Positions 42,320-55,830 are shown, numbered from the stretch's first letter. The stretch: DNA of 64,000 nucleotides from Octopus vulgaris (GCA_951406725.2 OX597822.1:103912001-103976000), one strand, 5' to 3'. Program-made: numbers and translations. The notes: a model not told the origin generated them from the sequence alone.

Positions 42320-42601
42320 ATATATGTTTCCCTTATCATTGCATTGCAATGCTCAAACCCTAGATATAACAATATTTTGCTTTGGCAAAATTGAAAAAAG
42401 GTGGTTACCTTCATTTACCATCGGTTCGATTTCCACTCATTTACTTATTTTTCCTAAAATTTTTGCAACCTCTTCAATAGTCGTTGACTTTGCGTTCATT
42501 CTGTTTGTTTGTTTGTTTGTGCACATGTATATGCTTCAGTGTGCATGTGTATACACATATGTATGTATGAATGTATATTTGCATGTATATATGTATATAA
42601 A

Positions 42602-42831
42602 GGCGGCGAGCTGGCAGAAACGTTAGCACGCCGGGCGAAATTCGTAGCCGTATTTCGTCTGTCGTTGCGTTCCGAGTTCAAATTCCGCCTAGGTCGACTT
42701 TGCCTTTCATCCTTTCGGGGGTCGATAAATTAAGTACCAGTTACGCACTGGGATCGATGTAATCGACTTAATCCCTTTGTCTGTCCTTGTTTGTCCCCTC
42801 TGTGTTTAGCCCCTTGTGGGTAGTAAAGAAA
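42602..42831 (+). mobile_element. SINE family C
   Basis: Full family consensus. Confidence 0.85.
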
Positions 42832-43850
42832 TATATATGTGTGTATATGTATATATGTATGTGTATGCATATATATATATATTTATGTGTGTTTATACGT
42901 TTTTATGTATTTATCTGCATATTCAAGTATTTGTGTGTTTATATTTGTATGCATGTGTGTGTATTTGTGTGTATCTGTGTGTGTCTATGTGTATGGGTTT
43001 GAGAGACTATGTACGTGCATCTGTTATGTATGGATGTGTGTCTCTATATGTGTCCTTGTGTGTGTGTGTGAAGTGTGCATGTGTGTATATGGTAATATGC
43101 TTCAGTTTTAATTTATGTATGTGTGTATATGTGTGCTTGTCTGTCCGTATTACTTATATACCTATCTATCTATTTATCTATATATTTACTTGCATATATA
43201 TTTACCTACACACACACACATATATATATATGCACACACACATATATATACACACACACGCACACACACATATGAGTGTTGGGTCCTTCGGGTGCTTGGA
43301 TAAAATGCGGATGTCAAGTTCCCCTAGTGCGCCTTCATGTTGGCCTTTGGCATGTTAGTAGAGTATAGAGGACAGTTTTTTTTTTGTCGTCATATTGTCT
43401 CAAATGTGAATTTAGTCTCTCCGCAATGCTTCCAGATGTCTCGCCTATGTATATCATGTTCTTGTTTTTACAAGCACCTTCTATGCACATTATGCTCTAG
43501 ACTACATTTCTAGTTCTACAGTTAATGTAGAAAAAATAAATAAGTAAATGAGTGGAAATCGAACCGGTGCGTGTGTTAAGTAATTAAGCACTACAAGAGA
43601 ATGACTCTCCCCGCACACAATAAAATTTGCTTCGCACGAATTCACATAAAGAATCTTGCAAACCAAATATAAAACGAATATGTCTATCTTTCAATCCTTA
43701 GCATGATGAGCAATGCGAAACAGGTTCTTTCTTTAATTATGCTGAAAAAACAAAATCTTATTTTGTACAAAATTGTAAAATATCGTTATTATTATGATTC
43801 TAATATATTCCTTAATCCTATAAAACAAATCTGTGTTTTCCTTCTTTTCT

Positions 43851-43892
<42 letters not shown>

Positions 43893-43920
43893 CTTGAAGC
43901 ATTATGTATTGTTTGTAAAA

Positions 43921-44128
43921 TATAACGTGTCTTGAATGGTATACCAATGCAGAGTAGTCTATAATAACTGTTATAATCTAATTATCCATGATCTGATATA
44001 AAAATTTCTTTTTCAATATTTAAAGAAGGAATTTTTATATTCCGAAATATTATTATATTAGACTATAGGTAATTAAATTATAACAGTTATTACAGTCCAT
44101 TCTGCATTGTTGTACCATTCAAGACACG

Positions 44129-44131
<3 letters not shown>
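43921..44131. repeat. Imperfect ~210-bp palindrome between (TA)n tracts
   Basis: tataacgtgtcttgaatggta... pairs with ...taccattcaagacacgttata. Confidence 0.8.
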
Positions 44132-44197
<66 letters not shown>

Positions 44198-44374
44198 CGT
44201 TTAAATATTTGCTGTGCAAGAATTTTTATGTCAAGTCGTGTGTTGAAACAGATATTGTTATATTTCGGAATGGTCATTTTGCCAGTTTAGCCAATAAAAA
44301 CACACGCACTATATATTTAGTGTTATTTTGCTTCAGTGTTATTTATTTTTACATTAATCTTAATCTTATTTCTG

Positions 44375-44414
44375 CCAGAGTTCTTTCGTCACACTCCTGT
44401 GACCGCATCAGTAG
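44375..44414 (-). ncRNA. Variant minimal hammerhead in the Penelope 3' region
   Basis: cta-CTGATGC-g-gtcaca/ggag/tgtgac-GAAAG-aa-CTC-tgg; A9 is replaced by C. Confidence 0.55.
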
Positions 44415-44763
44415 TCCTTTGTTTTCTTCTTTCTTATTTGTGTCTCTCCTTACTAAACGTCAGCCATTTTGTATTTCTATTGTATGTCTTCATTTGCGCA
44501 TGCTTATATCTCTATGTGCGTTTATGTTTATTTAGTGTGTGTATGTGGGGGGATGCCTGTAATATTTGTATCTTCTGTTTATATATGTTCAAGTAATTTG
44601 TATTTTGTTTTTGGTTTTCTTTTGTTGTTTTTGTTTATTCTTATTTTGTTCATGTGTTTACATCCACTTATTATTATCATTACATATGATTGTATGTATG
44701 TATGTATGTATGTATGTATAACAACAATACTAGTAATAATGATAATGAATCGAATATAAAAAA

Positions 44764-44818
<55 letters not shown>

Positions 44819-45204
44819 GTTATTTATTTCTATTAGTTTATTTATCTGTGTATTTATTATGTTTTCAGGATCCTCTATCGTCATATGTTGTGGTGTGTGT
44901 TATTGCTCCATTCTTGTTTTCTATTCAGGCTAGGTTTATTTTCTATTGTGTGTGTAGCTTCTGTAATTTGTCTAATTGTTGCATCTGATCTATGTGTGGG
45001 TAATATTTTAATTTCTATGTTATTGATTGATCCCCCGTGTTCCTGTTCGGAGTGTTGGTACAGAATCGATGAGCTTTTACCTTCCTTGAGTTGTCTCCAA
45101 TGCTCATTTACCCGCTCTCCTATGCTTCTCGCCGTTTCCCCTACGTATGTCATTGTCTTGTTACTGCATCGTCCCTCTATTCATCTTATACTATAGACTA
45201 CATT

Positions 45205-45564
45205 TCTGGCTTAATCTTAATCTTATTTGAGAGCATTAAAAATCGAACATACCCATCTGATTTGAGTAACCTCGGACAAACCATCTTTGACATCCAGTAC
45301 TAACGAATTCAAAACATACGAATGAGGCTCCGCATCTTCCCCTGTCCACCCACGTGAGTTATAGAGCAACAAATTCCTACAGAAGAATCTGTAGTTTATT
45401 TTCAGGGAGAGAATTATATTGTCAATAAGAATAAAGGGCAAAATTAATCAATTAATTAATTAATCAGTAATTAATAATTTTACCAAGCAATGTTCAGTTT
45501 GTAAAAGGACCATTTACGGTAAATTTAAACATTACTTTATATAATTAGGGTTCAACAAAGAAAT
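45205..45564 (-). mobile_element. Fragment of the ~586-nt unit inserted into the Penelope element
   Basis: 14-bp direct repeat ctatagactacatt at 45191-45204 and 45565-45578. Confidence 0.75.
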
Positions 45565-45697
45565 CTATAGACTACATTAAGATTAAGATTAATGTAAAAA
45601 TAAATAACACTGAAGCAAAATAACACCAAATATATAGTGCGTGTGTTTTTATTGGCTAAACTGGCAAAATGACCATTCCGAAATATAACAATATATG

Positions 45698-45736
<39 letters not shown>

Positions 45737-45770
45737 ATATTTATGTGTGTGTGTGTGTGTGTGTGTGTAA

Positions 45771-45801
<31 letters not shown>

Positions 45802-46653
45802 AATACATATATATATATATATATGTATAGGTGTATATATACATATACATATATTCGGTCATCCCATAAATAATGCAGTTTTTTTAATTGCATGAACCAA
45901 AAGTCAGAGCTTGGTGGACGGAAGCTGATAGAAGCCCATCGTATATGTATATATATATATATATGTTTGTGTGTGTTTGTGTGTGTGTGCATGTGTGTAT
46001 GTGCGTGCGTGCATGTGTGCGTTTCTACCCCCACCCCGCTCGACAATCAATTGATGTGTTGAGCAAAAGAGACAGATAGAATAAATATCTGGCTTTACAA
46101 CATAAAATTATATTGGAGTCAATTCATTCCACTAAAATTCATTCTTCAAGGCGGTGCCCCAACATGGCCACAGTCTAATAACTGAAACAAATAAAAGAAT
46201 AAAAGAAAAAAAATTAAAACATTACAAGATTTTAATAAATAAATCGGGAAACAACTTTATGCTACTTGTAAGAAAGGCTGGAAGTTATAAAACAATTGAA
46301 GTATTAATTAAGTACCTATACGAAAGATTGAGAATTAATAAAGCGAAATCTGAATGAAAGCTGCTGTAAACTCCATGTCTGAGACTAATAATGGTAATGG
46401 ACATAATTTATAGACTTGAGATACAAGTGTCAATGCAAAAGACTCTTCTTACAGTAGAAGAAATAGCTAAATTTTTTGGCTGCTATTTCTAAAAGTTTGG
46501 TATGTGGTAAAGCAAATTTTTTTGTTGAACCCTAATTATATGAAGTAATGTTTAAATTTACCGTAAATGGTCCTTTTACATACTGAACACTGCTTGGTAA
46601 AATCATTAATTATTAATTAATTAATTAATTTTGCCCTTTATTCTTATTGACAA

Positions 46654-47166
46654 CTAGCAGTATCGCCCGGCGTTGCTCGGGTTTGTAAGGGAAATAACTA
46701 TATAAGCATTTTTAGAGAGTTACTTCCCTTATAGATGCCAATTCGGGCTTTCTTAGCCATTTCTGTTTTGGTGTCTTCAAGCCATGAAGTCGTTGTTCGA
46801 AAAGAACGCTGGTCTCCTTGACAACGCTTTACGACGTTGATTTCCTTACACTCCCTTCCCCAGAGCTTCACGAGGGAGGGAAGAAGGGGGAGAAGCAAAC
46901 AGGTGCAGGTGTGACCATGGACGCCAACTCCGCCGCCATCGACACACGAAAAATTATGCATTAAAATGGAATAAAAAATGATGTTAAATTATTTTAAAAA
47001 TCGTAGACTCATCGTAGATGCGCGCTAATACTCAGACGGGCTCGATATTAATCACGACTATAAGATACCCAAATTTGGTTAAACTGCACCGCAAAATGTG
47101 GGAGGAGTTAGGAATCTAAATCGAAAGGGACAGACACTCACACAACTACAGTTTTATATATATATA
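46654..47166 (-). mobile_element. Non-autonomous Helitron
   Basis: Same hairpin and CTAG end as 20043-20444. Inserted at ttgacaa|tataattctc; the empty site is visible in the copy near 45410-45430. Confidence 0.85.
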
Positions 47167-47378
47167 TATAATTCTCTCCCTGATAATAAACTACAGATTC
47201 TTCTGTAGGAATTTGTTGCTCTATAACTCACGTGGGTGGACGGGGGAAGATGCGGAGCCTCATTCGTATGTTTTGAATTCGTTAGTACTGGATATCGAAG
47301 ATGGTTTGTCTGTGGTTACTCAAATCAGACGGGTATGTTCGATTTTTAGTGCTCTCAAATTTAAATTTAATGAAATCT

Positions 47379-47459
47379 TTGTGCTGATGACAGGAATGTT
47401 GGAATAGGCATGTATTTATAGCATCTCTATATCTGACTAACCCAGAAACGCGTTCACAA
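47379..47459 (+). ncRNA. Type I hammerhead with canonical core
   Basis: ttgtg-CTGATGA(47384-47390)-long stem II (gttgga/tctgac)-GAAAC-GC-GTT-cacaa. Confidence 0.8.
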
Positions 47460-47602
47460 GTAATCAAATTTCGAGTGATCTTTCGTTATTTGTCCCTCTA
47501 TACCTACGTGAATTGTTTTTGAGTATACATTGTCTGGGTGACTCTTCTTACAGTAGAAGAAATAGCTAAATTTTTTGGCTGTTATTTCTAAAAGTTCGGT
47601 AT

Positions 47603-47895
47603 GTGGACACGTGGGAGGAAACAGCTGCTGACCGCTCTGCCTGGCGTCGGACGGTGAGGAAAGGCGTTTCCATGGCTGAGGAGAGGAGAGCACAGCTGTG
47701 GTTGGACAGGCGGGACAGGAGGAGGACAACTGCATCAACACCCCACACGTACCCATCGATGTTCGTGTGCAGCAACTGTACCAAGGACTGCCACTCTAGA
47801 ATTGGACTGTTCAGTCACAGCAGACGCTGCACATCATCAAAGTAGGCCCCACCCTTGGCGCAACCCATTGTCTATCAAGACAGACGGGGATAAAC
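47603..47895 (+). mobile_element. RTE-like LINE 3' end
   Basis: WEETAADRSAWR...CSNCTKDCHSRIGLFSHSRRC. Confidence 0.8.
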
Positions 47896-47960
47896 AAGAA
47901 TATATATATATATATATATGAGTTGGTATGTGAAAGCACGTGGTTGGATGTATAAAAAGC

Positions 47961-48290
47961 AAAAAAAGAGTGAAAAAAACTACAAAAGGCTTGTGTTATA
48001 TGGTTAAAGAATATATTTAAATCGTTATGTTAAAAAAATATTGTAAAAATTTTGCGTATAATAACATAGTTTTTGGAAAAAATTCAACACAGCGAAGGCA
48101 TGACACGATATAGGTAAATAAATTTGAGAAATTTGAAAAGAAAATACGAAACCGGTTATTTCTCCAAACACTATGTTACTATACCTATACGCAAAATTAT
48201 TTTATAACATTTTTCTAACAACGATTTAAATATATTCTTTAACCATATAACACAAGCCTTCTGTAGTTTTTCACTCTTTTTTCTTTTATG
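47961..48290. mobile_element. Fold-back TA-anchored element
   Basis: About 47961-48083 is inverted at 48158-48290. Confidence 0.75.
48126..48164 (+). ncRNA. Minimal hammerhead-like motif with U3-A8 core
   Basis: gagaaat-TTGAAAA-gaaaatac-GAAAC-CG-GTT-atttctc: perfect 7-bp stem I, very weak stem II. Confidence 0.55.
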
Positions 48291-48301
48291 TATATATATA
48301 A

Positions 48302-48374
<73 letters not shown>

Positions 48375-49099
48375 GACTACATACATGTGCACGTGTATAT
48401 ATAAAGAGAGGAAGAGACAGATGGGAACTCAATAACAATTCTCGTGGGAACCCCACGAAAGACTCATGAAATCATGTTGCAACAAAACAAGGAAAGAATT
48501 AATGGTGAGAATGAAGCTATAACCGATCATGGTGAAGGTTTCCCGTCCGGCACGTCCGAAACCGCCCGCATTAGGGGCAGTGATCTGACCTCGGACGGTC
48601 GCTATGTCACAACAGATCACATACATGGTGTGCTCAAAAACAGACATAAGTGGTCGAAGGAAGAGTAGGATGCACTTATTGAATGTCATGAAATAGCAAA
48701 GCTGGAAAGATGTCGCGGAATAGGCCGACGTACCTTGAGATTTTGGATGGAAAAGGACATGTGTCCAATGTCAGAAAATAAACTAATGAACCAAGTGAGA
48801 GTTATTAGTAGGAAGGGTAACTTAACTGGAGTAGAAATATCTCGGATCAGTGAGAGTCTGAGAGACCCTGCGGATGGGCTACAAAGGATGGTCGGAGTTG
48901 AAAACAGAGAAGTAGGAGTTGAAAGCAAGGAGAAGAGTAGACAGAAGGAACAGGGGAATCGTGATGGGGCTGTTAAGGATGAGTTACAGGAAGTTATACA
49001 GTGAACCCTGATAATGAATTGCTTGAAATTCAAAGACGTCTCACCTACTTGATGAATGCTCCAGAACAAAATATCTCCATGAATATGAGAAGGGTAGAT

Positions 49100-49472
49100 G
49101 GAAGCACTCCGTCGGTTACGACGACGAGGGTTCCGTTTGATCCGAATCAACGGAACAGCCTGCTCGTGAAATTAACGTGTAAGTGGCTGAGCACTCCACA
49201 GACACGTGCACCCTTAACGTAGTTCTCGGGGATATTCAGCGTGACACAGAGAGTGACAAGGCCGGCCCTTTGAAATACAGGTACAACAGAAACAGGAAGT
49301 AAGAGTGAGAGAAAGTTGTGGTGAAAGAGTACAGCCATCCCCTGCCGGAGCCTCGTGGAGCTTTTAGGTGTTTTCGCTCAATAAACACTTACAACGCCCG
49401 GTCTGGGAATCGAAACCGCGATCCTACGACCACGAGTCCGCTGCCCTAACCACTGGGCCATTGCGCCTCCAC
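49100..49472 (-). mobile_element. SINE family A
   Basis: Family consensus with a small internal deletion. Confidence 0.9.
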
Positions 49473-49779
49473 TCTCCGAGCTACTGCATTACTTGTTGAG
49501 GAGAAATTACAACTTTAGAGAACAAAAAAATGGTGGAGCAACAGAGCCATGGTGGAAACGACGCATTGAAAGGGATACAATGCAGACAAGGCAAGCTCTA
49601 GGTAAAAGTGAGCAATAGTTTAGAGGAAACTGGGAAAATGGGGAAAATATCGACCGAGAAAACTTAGAGAAGAAATATAAAATACCGAAGAACAGGTTTG
49701 ATGCAGTAATAGAGCAGTAAAAACAGAGGATCATGGTAAAAAGCCAGAAGATCAGAAGATTTGTTAACAGAAATAGTAG

Positions 49780-50160
49780 GAGCACTCCGTCGGTTACGAC
49801 GATGAGGGTCCCAGCTGATACGATCAACGGAACAGCTTGCTCGTGGAATTACCGTGTAAGAGGCTGAGCACTTCACAGACACGTGTACCCTTAACGCAGT
49901 TCTCGAGGAGATTCAGCGTGACACAGAGTGTGACAAGGCTGGACCTTTGAAATACAGGTACAACAGAAACAGGAAGTAAGAGTGAGAGAAAGTTGTGGTG
50001 AAAGAGTACAGCAGGGTTTACCACCACCCCCTGCAGGAGCCTTGTGAAGCTTTAGGTGTTTTCGCTCAATAAACACTCACAACACCCGGTCTGGGAATCG
50101 AAACCGCGATCCTACGACCGCGAGTCCGCTGCCCTAACCATTGGGCCATTGCGCCTCCAC
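49780..50160 (-). mobile_element. SINE family A, more diverged
   Basis: TSD taaca(g/a)aaata. Confidence 0.9.
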
Positions 50161-51249
50161 TAACAAAAATAAACAGTTCGAGGAGAACAGATTGTTCAAA
50201 AATAACCCGAAGCAATTCTTCCGAACAATGGGGGAAATGTTGCTCCCGTGCAAATCCCGCCAAGGAGTTCTGGAGCGGATTATAGGGAAATAATGTGGTG
50301 CATAAAAGGGATGCAATGTGGATAGGAACTATGAAGACAGACTTACAAGGAAGAAAGAAACAAAGGATTATTGTCATAAGCACGGGTGATGTGAAAGAAG
50401 TGGGTAAAGTGCCTAACTGAAAGCCCTCGGAACAGATGGTATTCGTGGCTTCTGGCTGAAGAGATGCCATGCGGTGCATGAAAATCTAGCAGCCCAATTG
50501 AGTGTATCCAGAAAGGTACAGTACCCGCGTGTGGATGGTGACTGGGAGGAAAACGCTTGTAATGAAAGATAGAAGAAAGGGGAATATTGTGGGAAACTAA
50601 TCTTGAAGATACTCACTGGAATATGTGCGGCAAAGACATACAATTTCCTGTCACAGGACGAAGTACTACTAAGGGAACAAAAAGGATGTAGGAAGTGTTC
50701 TCGGGGTACCAAGGATCATCTGGTCATCGATAAAACAGTTTTGAAGCATTGTAAAAGCATCATACATGTTTATGGATTGGATTGAATTTAAGAAGGTATA
50801 TGATACGATGCCTCATTGTTGGATCGTTGAATGCCTGCAGATGTTTGGTGTTGCTGACAACATCACAAATTTTCTGATGCATAGCATGAAAGAGTGGAAA
50901 ACCAGATTATACTCAAGTAATGTAATCCTTAGAGAAGTCAGCATTAAAAGGGGAATCCTGCAAGGTGACTCGTTTTCTCCGTAACTATTTGTAGATGCAC
51001 TATTACCCATAACAGTGATACTTAAGAAAGTTAAGAAGTGTTACCGATGTGGGAAGAAAGTCTCATCATTGAACCATCTTCTGTTTATGGATAACCTAAG
51101 ATTGTTTGGGAAATCTGAAAAACAGATAGGTTCCTTAACCAAAACTGTCTAGAAGTGTGGTAAAGATATCGGTATGGGATTTGGGATCACCAAATGCTCA
51201 GTACTTAATATGAAAAGAGGGAAGAAAGCTACTCCAGTGTTAGCTTTCT

Positions 51250-51760
51250 TTGAGTCAGAAATAGAGGTCAATAATTCTCTTATATTTTTATTCCGTCTCA
51301 AGGCGGCTGTGGAAATATCTGTTTGAAACGAGGATATTTTTTCGCCACATGCTGGTATCTTTCATGCAACACTTTTGAAATGCCAGCGAGATTTCAGTGC
51401 TGGTTAATCACTAAAGGAATTCTATCACATATTGTATTGTATTTGCTAAAATCATGCGTGATAGTTTGACTACCTTTGCTAATCTTAGCTATTTCACTCG
51501 CTATTTCCTTCAATCGTAATTCACTGTAACCGGGTTTGACATAATGACGTATAAATGCATTTGCGTGCTTCCAGCAATCCCTTATGTCAGTACAAATCCG
51601 TTTTATCCTCAAAAAATTGGGATTTCGGATTCGGTGGCGATGGAGATAAATGCGGGATGACGTGGGCTTCCAAAATAACTCTGTCACTATTCTGCCTTCA
51701 GAAAACTTAACTTTTGTGTCCAAAAATTCAACGCTAGATTTTGAAAAACAAGATGCAAAT
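51250..51760 (-). pseudogene. Penelope-like RT C-terminal relic
   Basis: FLDTKV...TELFWKPT...YLH...LRIKRICT...GYS...RIPLV. Confidence 0.75.
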
Positions 51761-52154
51761 AACAGTCACAGAAATGCAAGAAGTTGACCGCTTTTCGAAG
51801 GCATCCACGCATGCTTCTATCCCTACATCGTGGTCAGTATTGGGATACATGTATCAAGAGGTAATTTGAAAAGTCCGCCTTTTACATGGATATATAAGTG
51901 GGAACACTTCTATGTGTTATGCTGAATATATTTGGTGTTCGTCTGGTATGTGAATTTTGTTCATTTTTATGTGTTCTGATTATGCCTGCACCGACAATTA
52001 GAAAGTGGATTATGTACACTAACTATAAAATCAAGAGACGACTTCCAAGTTGCATTTCCTCGATGTCAGTACACTGTATATTTATTAAGGCAGTTTTGAC
52101 TCTGAGAGTCCCTTATAGCGTGAGGTATTTACGTGTTGTAATGCCCTTAATATA

Positions 52155-54005
52155 ATAATATTTATTTAAAAAAAATTTTATCTAGTTTCAGCTCACAAGC
52201 TGTGGTCATGCTGGGGCACCGCCATTTGGTGTTGCTACATGATTTTACTTCACGAATGCTTTTTAGCAATTGCCATTTGGTGCATGAGAGAGTTCGATGC
52301 AGCTGCCCTCATCTGCACCTCCTGCCGTGAAGTTTGCTCATCTGGGGCACCTGACAAGAAGAGATCCAGTTTCATTTTAAAGACATCTTTATCCACCCCA
52401 TGCAGGTCTCTTATGTTCTTCGAGAGGATATTGAAGAGCTATGGGCCTCGGAAGCCCAGGCTATCACAGTATCTTGTCCTACATCTTGATGGCAAATTTG
52501 GAGTCCTTGGCACTATGCAGTGGCGCCAAGTTCTGGCATTTGTGTAACTCTCGATGCCAAAGTTTGGGACAAGTCCTTCTAGGATCTTCCAGATGTATAT
52601 TATGGCATATCTTTCTCGCCTACGCTCTAAGGAATAGAGTCTCAATCTCTTGAGTCTTTCCCAATAGCTTATATGCTGCACAGAGGCTATCTTCGTGTAG
52701 CTTCGTTGGATCGCCTCAAGTTCTGTGATTAACTTGACACTGGATGGTGACCATAGCTGAGAGCAGTAGTCAAAGTGGCTTAGGACAAGTGTCCTCCAGA
52801 GGACCATCATGGTTTCCTGGTCTCTTGTTCTAAAGTTTCAAAGAATCCATCCGGTCAGCCGCCTACATTTCATTGCCAATTTAGCAACATGCACATGAAA
52901 GGTTGCATCATCACTCATGTAAATACCCAGGTCTCGCACTGATTGTGCCTCTGGGATTGCAATCCCTCCAGGTCTAGTGTATTTATTGAGTATTGCATTT
53001 AGTTTTGCATGCTGATCGTATAAAGCTTGAAACTTTTCAGCATTGAACTGCATGCTATTCTTTTCAGGCCACTTGTATATTTTGTCCAGCTCACATTGCA
53101 GGTGCTTAGTGTCTTCAGGGTTCTGTATTGCTTGTGAAACTTTTGTATCATCTGCATAACTTGTGATCGTGGCTCTCTGCATGTCTGAGAGGGCCATTAT
53201 GAACAGTAGTGGTCCCAAAACAGTGCCTTGCGGAACACCGCTCACTATTTGCGTGTTAATGGAAGTGGCCCCATTGGCTACTACCACCTGACTTCTATCC
53301 TTCAGAAAGTCATGAAGCCATTCTCCCAATTTTCCAACTATGCCAAGATCACGCAGTTTGTGACATATCATTCCATGATCGACTTTATCAAAGGCCTTTG
53401 CAAAGTCGAGATATATCACTTCCACATTTGAGTGGTTGAGCAGTCGTTTCAGCACCCAGTCATAGTATTGTAGGAGCTGAGTTAAGCAGCTTCTTCCTGG
53501 TTGGAAACCATGTTGGGTGTCAGGCAGCAAGTCCTTTTCTTCAAGGAAGGTGATTAGTTTCCTTCTGACTATTCGTTCCATGACCTTGCTGATGTGTGAG
53601 GTCAGAGAGATAGGTCTGTAGTTCTTGGCCTCCGCTCTGCTACCTCCTTTATGAATAGGGCATATTTTACCTTCCTTCAGTTTTCTTGGAAGTTTGCCAG
53701 CTGCAAGGAAGCTCTGGAAGAGGAACTGCAGTGGTCTTGCTAGGACTCTCTTACATACTTTTAGAAGGATTGCTGGGAATCCATCGGCGCCAGTAGCTGA
53801 GTTTGTTTTAAGTTCATCAATAGCCTTTATTACATCGTCTTCCTTTATATTGATGTAATCAATCATCGCTGCCTCTGATTTTATATCTGCAGTGGTAAAG
53901 AAGTCAGTTGGATTGCTGACTTGAAAATGCCCTAGGGGTGCAGTGAAAATACTCTTGAATTGCTCATTTAGTATTTCATTTACCCTCATTGGATTTCCTG
54001 TGAGT
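52155..54005 (-). mobile_element. CR1-group LINE, 5'-truncated, with a 383-aa open RT segment
   Basis: NYRPISLTS, QHGF, YLDFAKAFDKV, SGVPQGTVLGP, YADD, HFDYCSQLWSP and LYSLERRRER motifs. Confidence 0.92.
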
Positions 54006-54117
54006 GTAAATAAATGTATTTAAAAGATAAAAGTTAATTATACATTTTGTATAAATTTTTCCCTCAACTATTTTTTTAACGCTGACTACTTGATAAATTC
54101 TTATATTGATTTTATCC

Positions 54118-54159
<42 letters not shown>

Positions 54160-54759
54160 CAATAATAATAAAGGGTTAAATTAATTAATTAATTAATAAT
54201 TAATAATTTCACCAGGTAGTTCGGCATGTTAAAAGAACCATTATCGGTAAACTTAAACAAAATTCTTTATAATTAGGAGTATAATTATAATTAGGGTTCA
54301 GCAAAAGATTTGCTTCACCACATACCGAGATTTAGAAATTTAGAAATTTAGAAGTTATAATTATACTCATAATTATAAAAATGTTTGTATATATATATAT
54401 TATCGGGGCTAATGCAGTTTCGCACCTCTCTATGAAAAATGCAATTTTTTGAAAAAGTTTTTCGGATTCCTACGTTTTAGATGTCGGAAATTAGGAATAT
54501 ACAAAACAAAAAAAAATCTTTAATTTCACCCAACATTAAAATTTTTAATTTTCTTTACTTTAAAGAGATCATAGCGAATTGACGAACATATGCAAATCGA
54601 AATTAAATACAGACAAAAGCATTGAAGTGAAAAGAATTTGCGTTTTACTTGTGTTTGCCTTAAATAATCGTTAATTTCTTTTTTTTTTTTTTTTGCATAT
54701 TCGTAATCTCCGACAGCTAAAACTTTACAAAAAAGTGCGCCCGCTATTATCTTCTACCT

Positions 54760-54957
54760 GCTTCAGCCATGCTGGGGTACCACGTTGAAGGGTTTTAGTC
54801 GAACAACTCGACCACACGACTTATTTTTTTAAAGCCTGGCACCTTCTCTATCGGTCTCTTAGCAGAACCGCTAAGCCTCGGGGACGTAAATACACCAACA
54901 CCGGTTATCAAGCGGTGGCGGAGGACAAACACAGACACAAAGACATACTCACACACA

Positions 54958-54989
<32 letters not shown>

Positions 54990-55098
54990 GACTCACAGCG
55001 GGCTTCTTTCGGTTTCTGAAATCCACTCACAAGGCTTCGGTACCATGCAGTGGGACTGAACCCGGAAGCATGTGGTTAGGAGGAAAGCTTCTTATCAC
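54760..55098 (-). mobile_element. SINE family B, decayed
   Basis: Reverse-complement similarity to 4503-4905. Confidence 0.7.
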
Positions 55099-55102
55099 AC
55101 AC

Positions 55103-55143
<41 letters not shown>

Positions 55144-55623
55144 GACGAACTTCAACAAAGTTTCCTTGTCCCAAATTCACTTACAAGGCATCGGTCACCC
55201 CCAGAGCTGTAGTAGAAAATATATGTCAAACGGGTGTGTTATAACACTATTCCAAATGCACAAAACATCCATACCAACAATCCAACATATCTCCATCATC
55301 AGTTGCCCCACGGACATCATTATGATTTCGACACCTGGGCAGTACCATTCAACCCGGGGATGTCAACAGCACTAATGTAAGTGCTGTTTGGGAACAAACA
55401 GACCAAAGAAACCACAACTTTCAAACACATTTACCTTATGTACAACCGAATCGGTAAATAAATTCAGTAAGTAAATTACAACCAACTCCTAAATACGTAA
55501 CTAAACAACGACAACTCTATTAAGTCAAACAAAAATTATAACCCCCTACCGTCTTCCATAGTATAATATAAAATTGAAAGTTTCATAACCACATTCATTC
55601 AATCAGTCAATTTATAGGCAGAT

Positions 55624-55830
55624 CACTCTTACTTCCTGTTTCTGTTGTACCTGTATTTCAAACGGCCGGCCTTGTCACTCTCTGTGTCACGCTGAATATC
55701 CCCGAGAACTACGGTAAGGGTACACGTGTCAGTGGAGTGCTCAGCCACTTACACGTTAATTTCACGAGCAGGCTGTTCCGTTGATCGGATCAACCGGAAC
55801 CCTCGTCGTCGCAACCGACGGAGTGCTTCC
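55624..55830 (+). mobile_element. SINE family A, 5'-truncated
   Basis: 3' half only; ttataggcag repeated on both flanks. Confidence 0.85.

Larger units (their letters stand above)
44205..45693 (-). mobile_element. 5'-truncated Penelope-like element: GIY-YIG, 3' region with hammerhead, inverted terminal copy
   Basis: NVVYSIR*IEGRC...TYVGETARSIGERVNEH...E..SLN. 44251-44370 is inverted at about 45578-45693. Confidence 0.85.
46441..47606 (+). mobile_element. Slightly more than one ~586-nt non-coding hammerhead unit, interrupted by a Helitron
   Basis: 46441-46507 recurs at 47540-47606. Homologous to 41780-42203, 45225-45564 and 54155-54340. Confidence 0.75.
48420..51230 (+). mobile_element. Decayed R4/Dong-like LINE (N-terminus plus RT), split by two SINE-A copies
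   Basis: EQKGCRK..GTKDHLVIDK, WIEFKKVYDTMPHCWI, RGILQGDSFSP and NHLLFMDN motifs, with stops and frameshifts. Confidence 0.8.
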
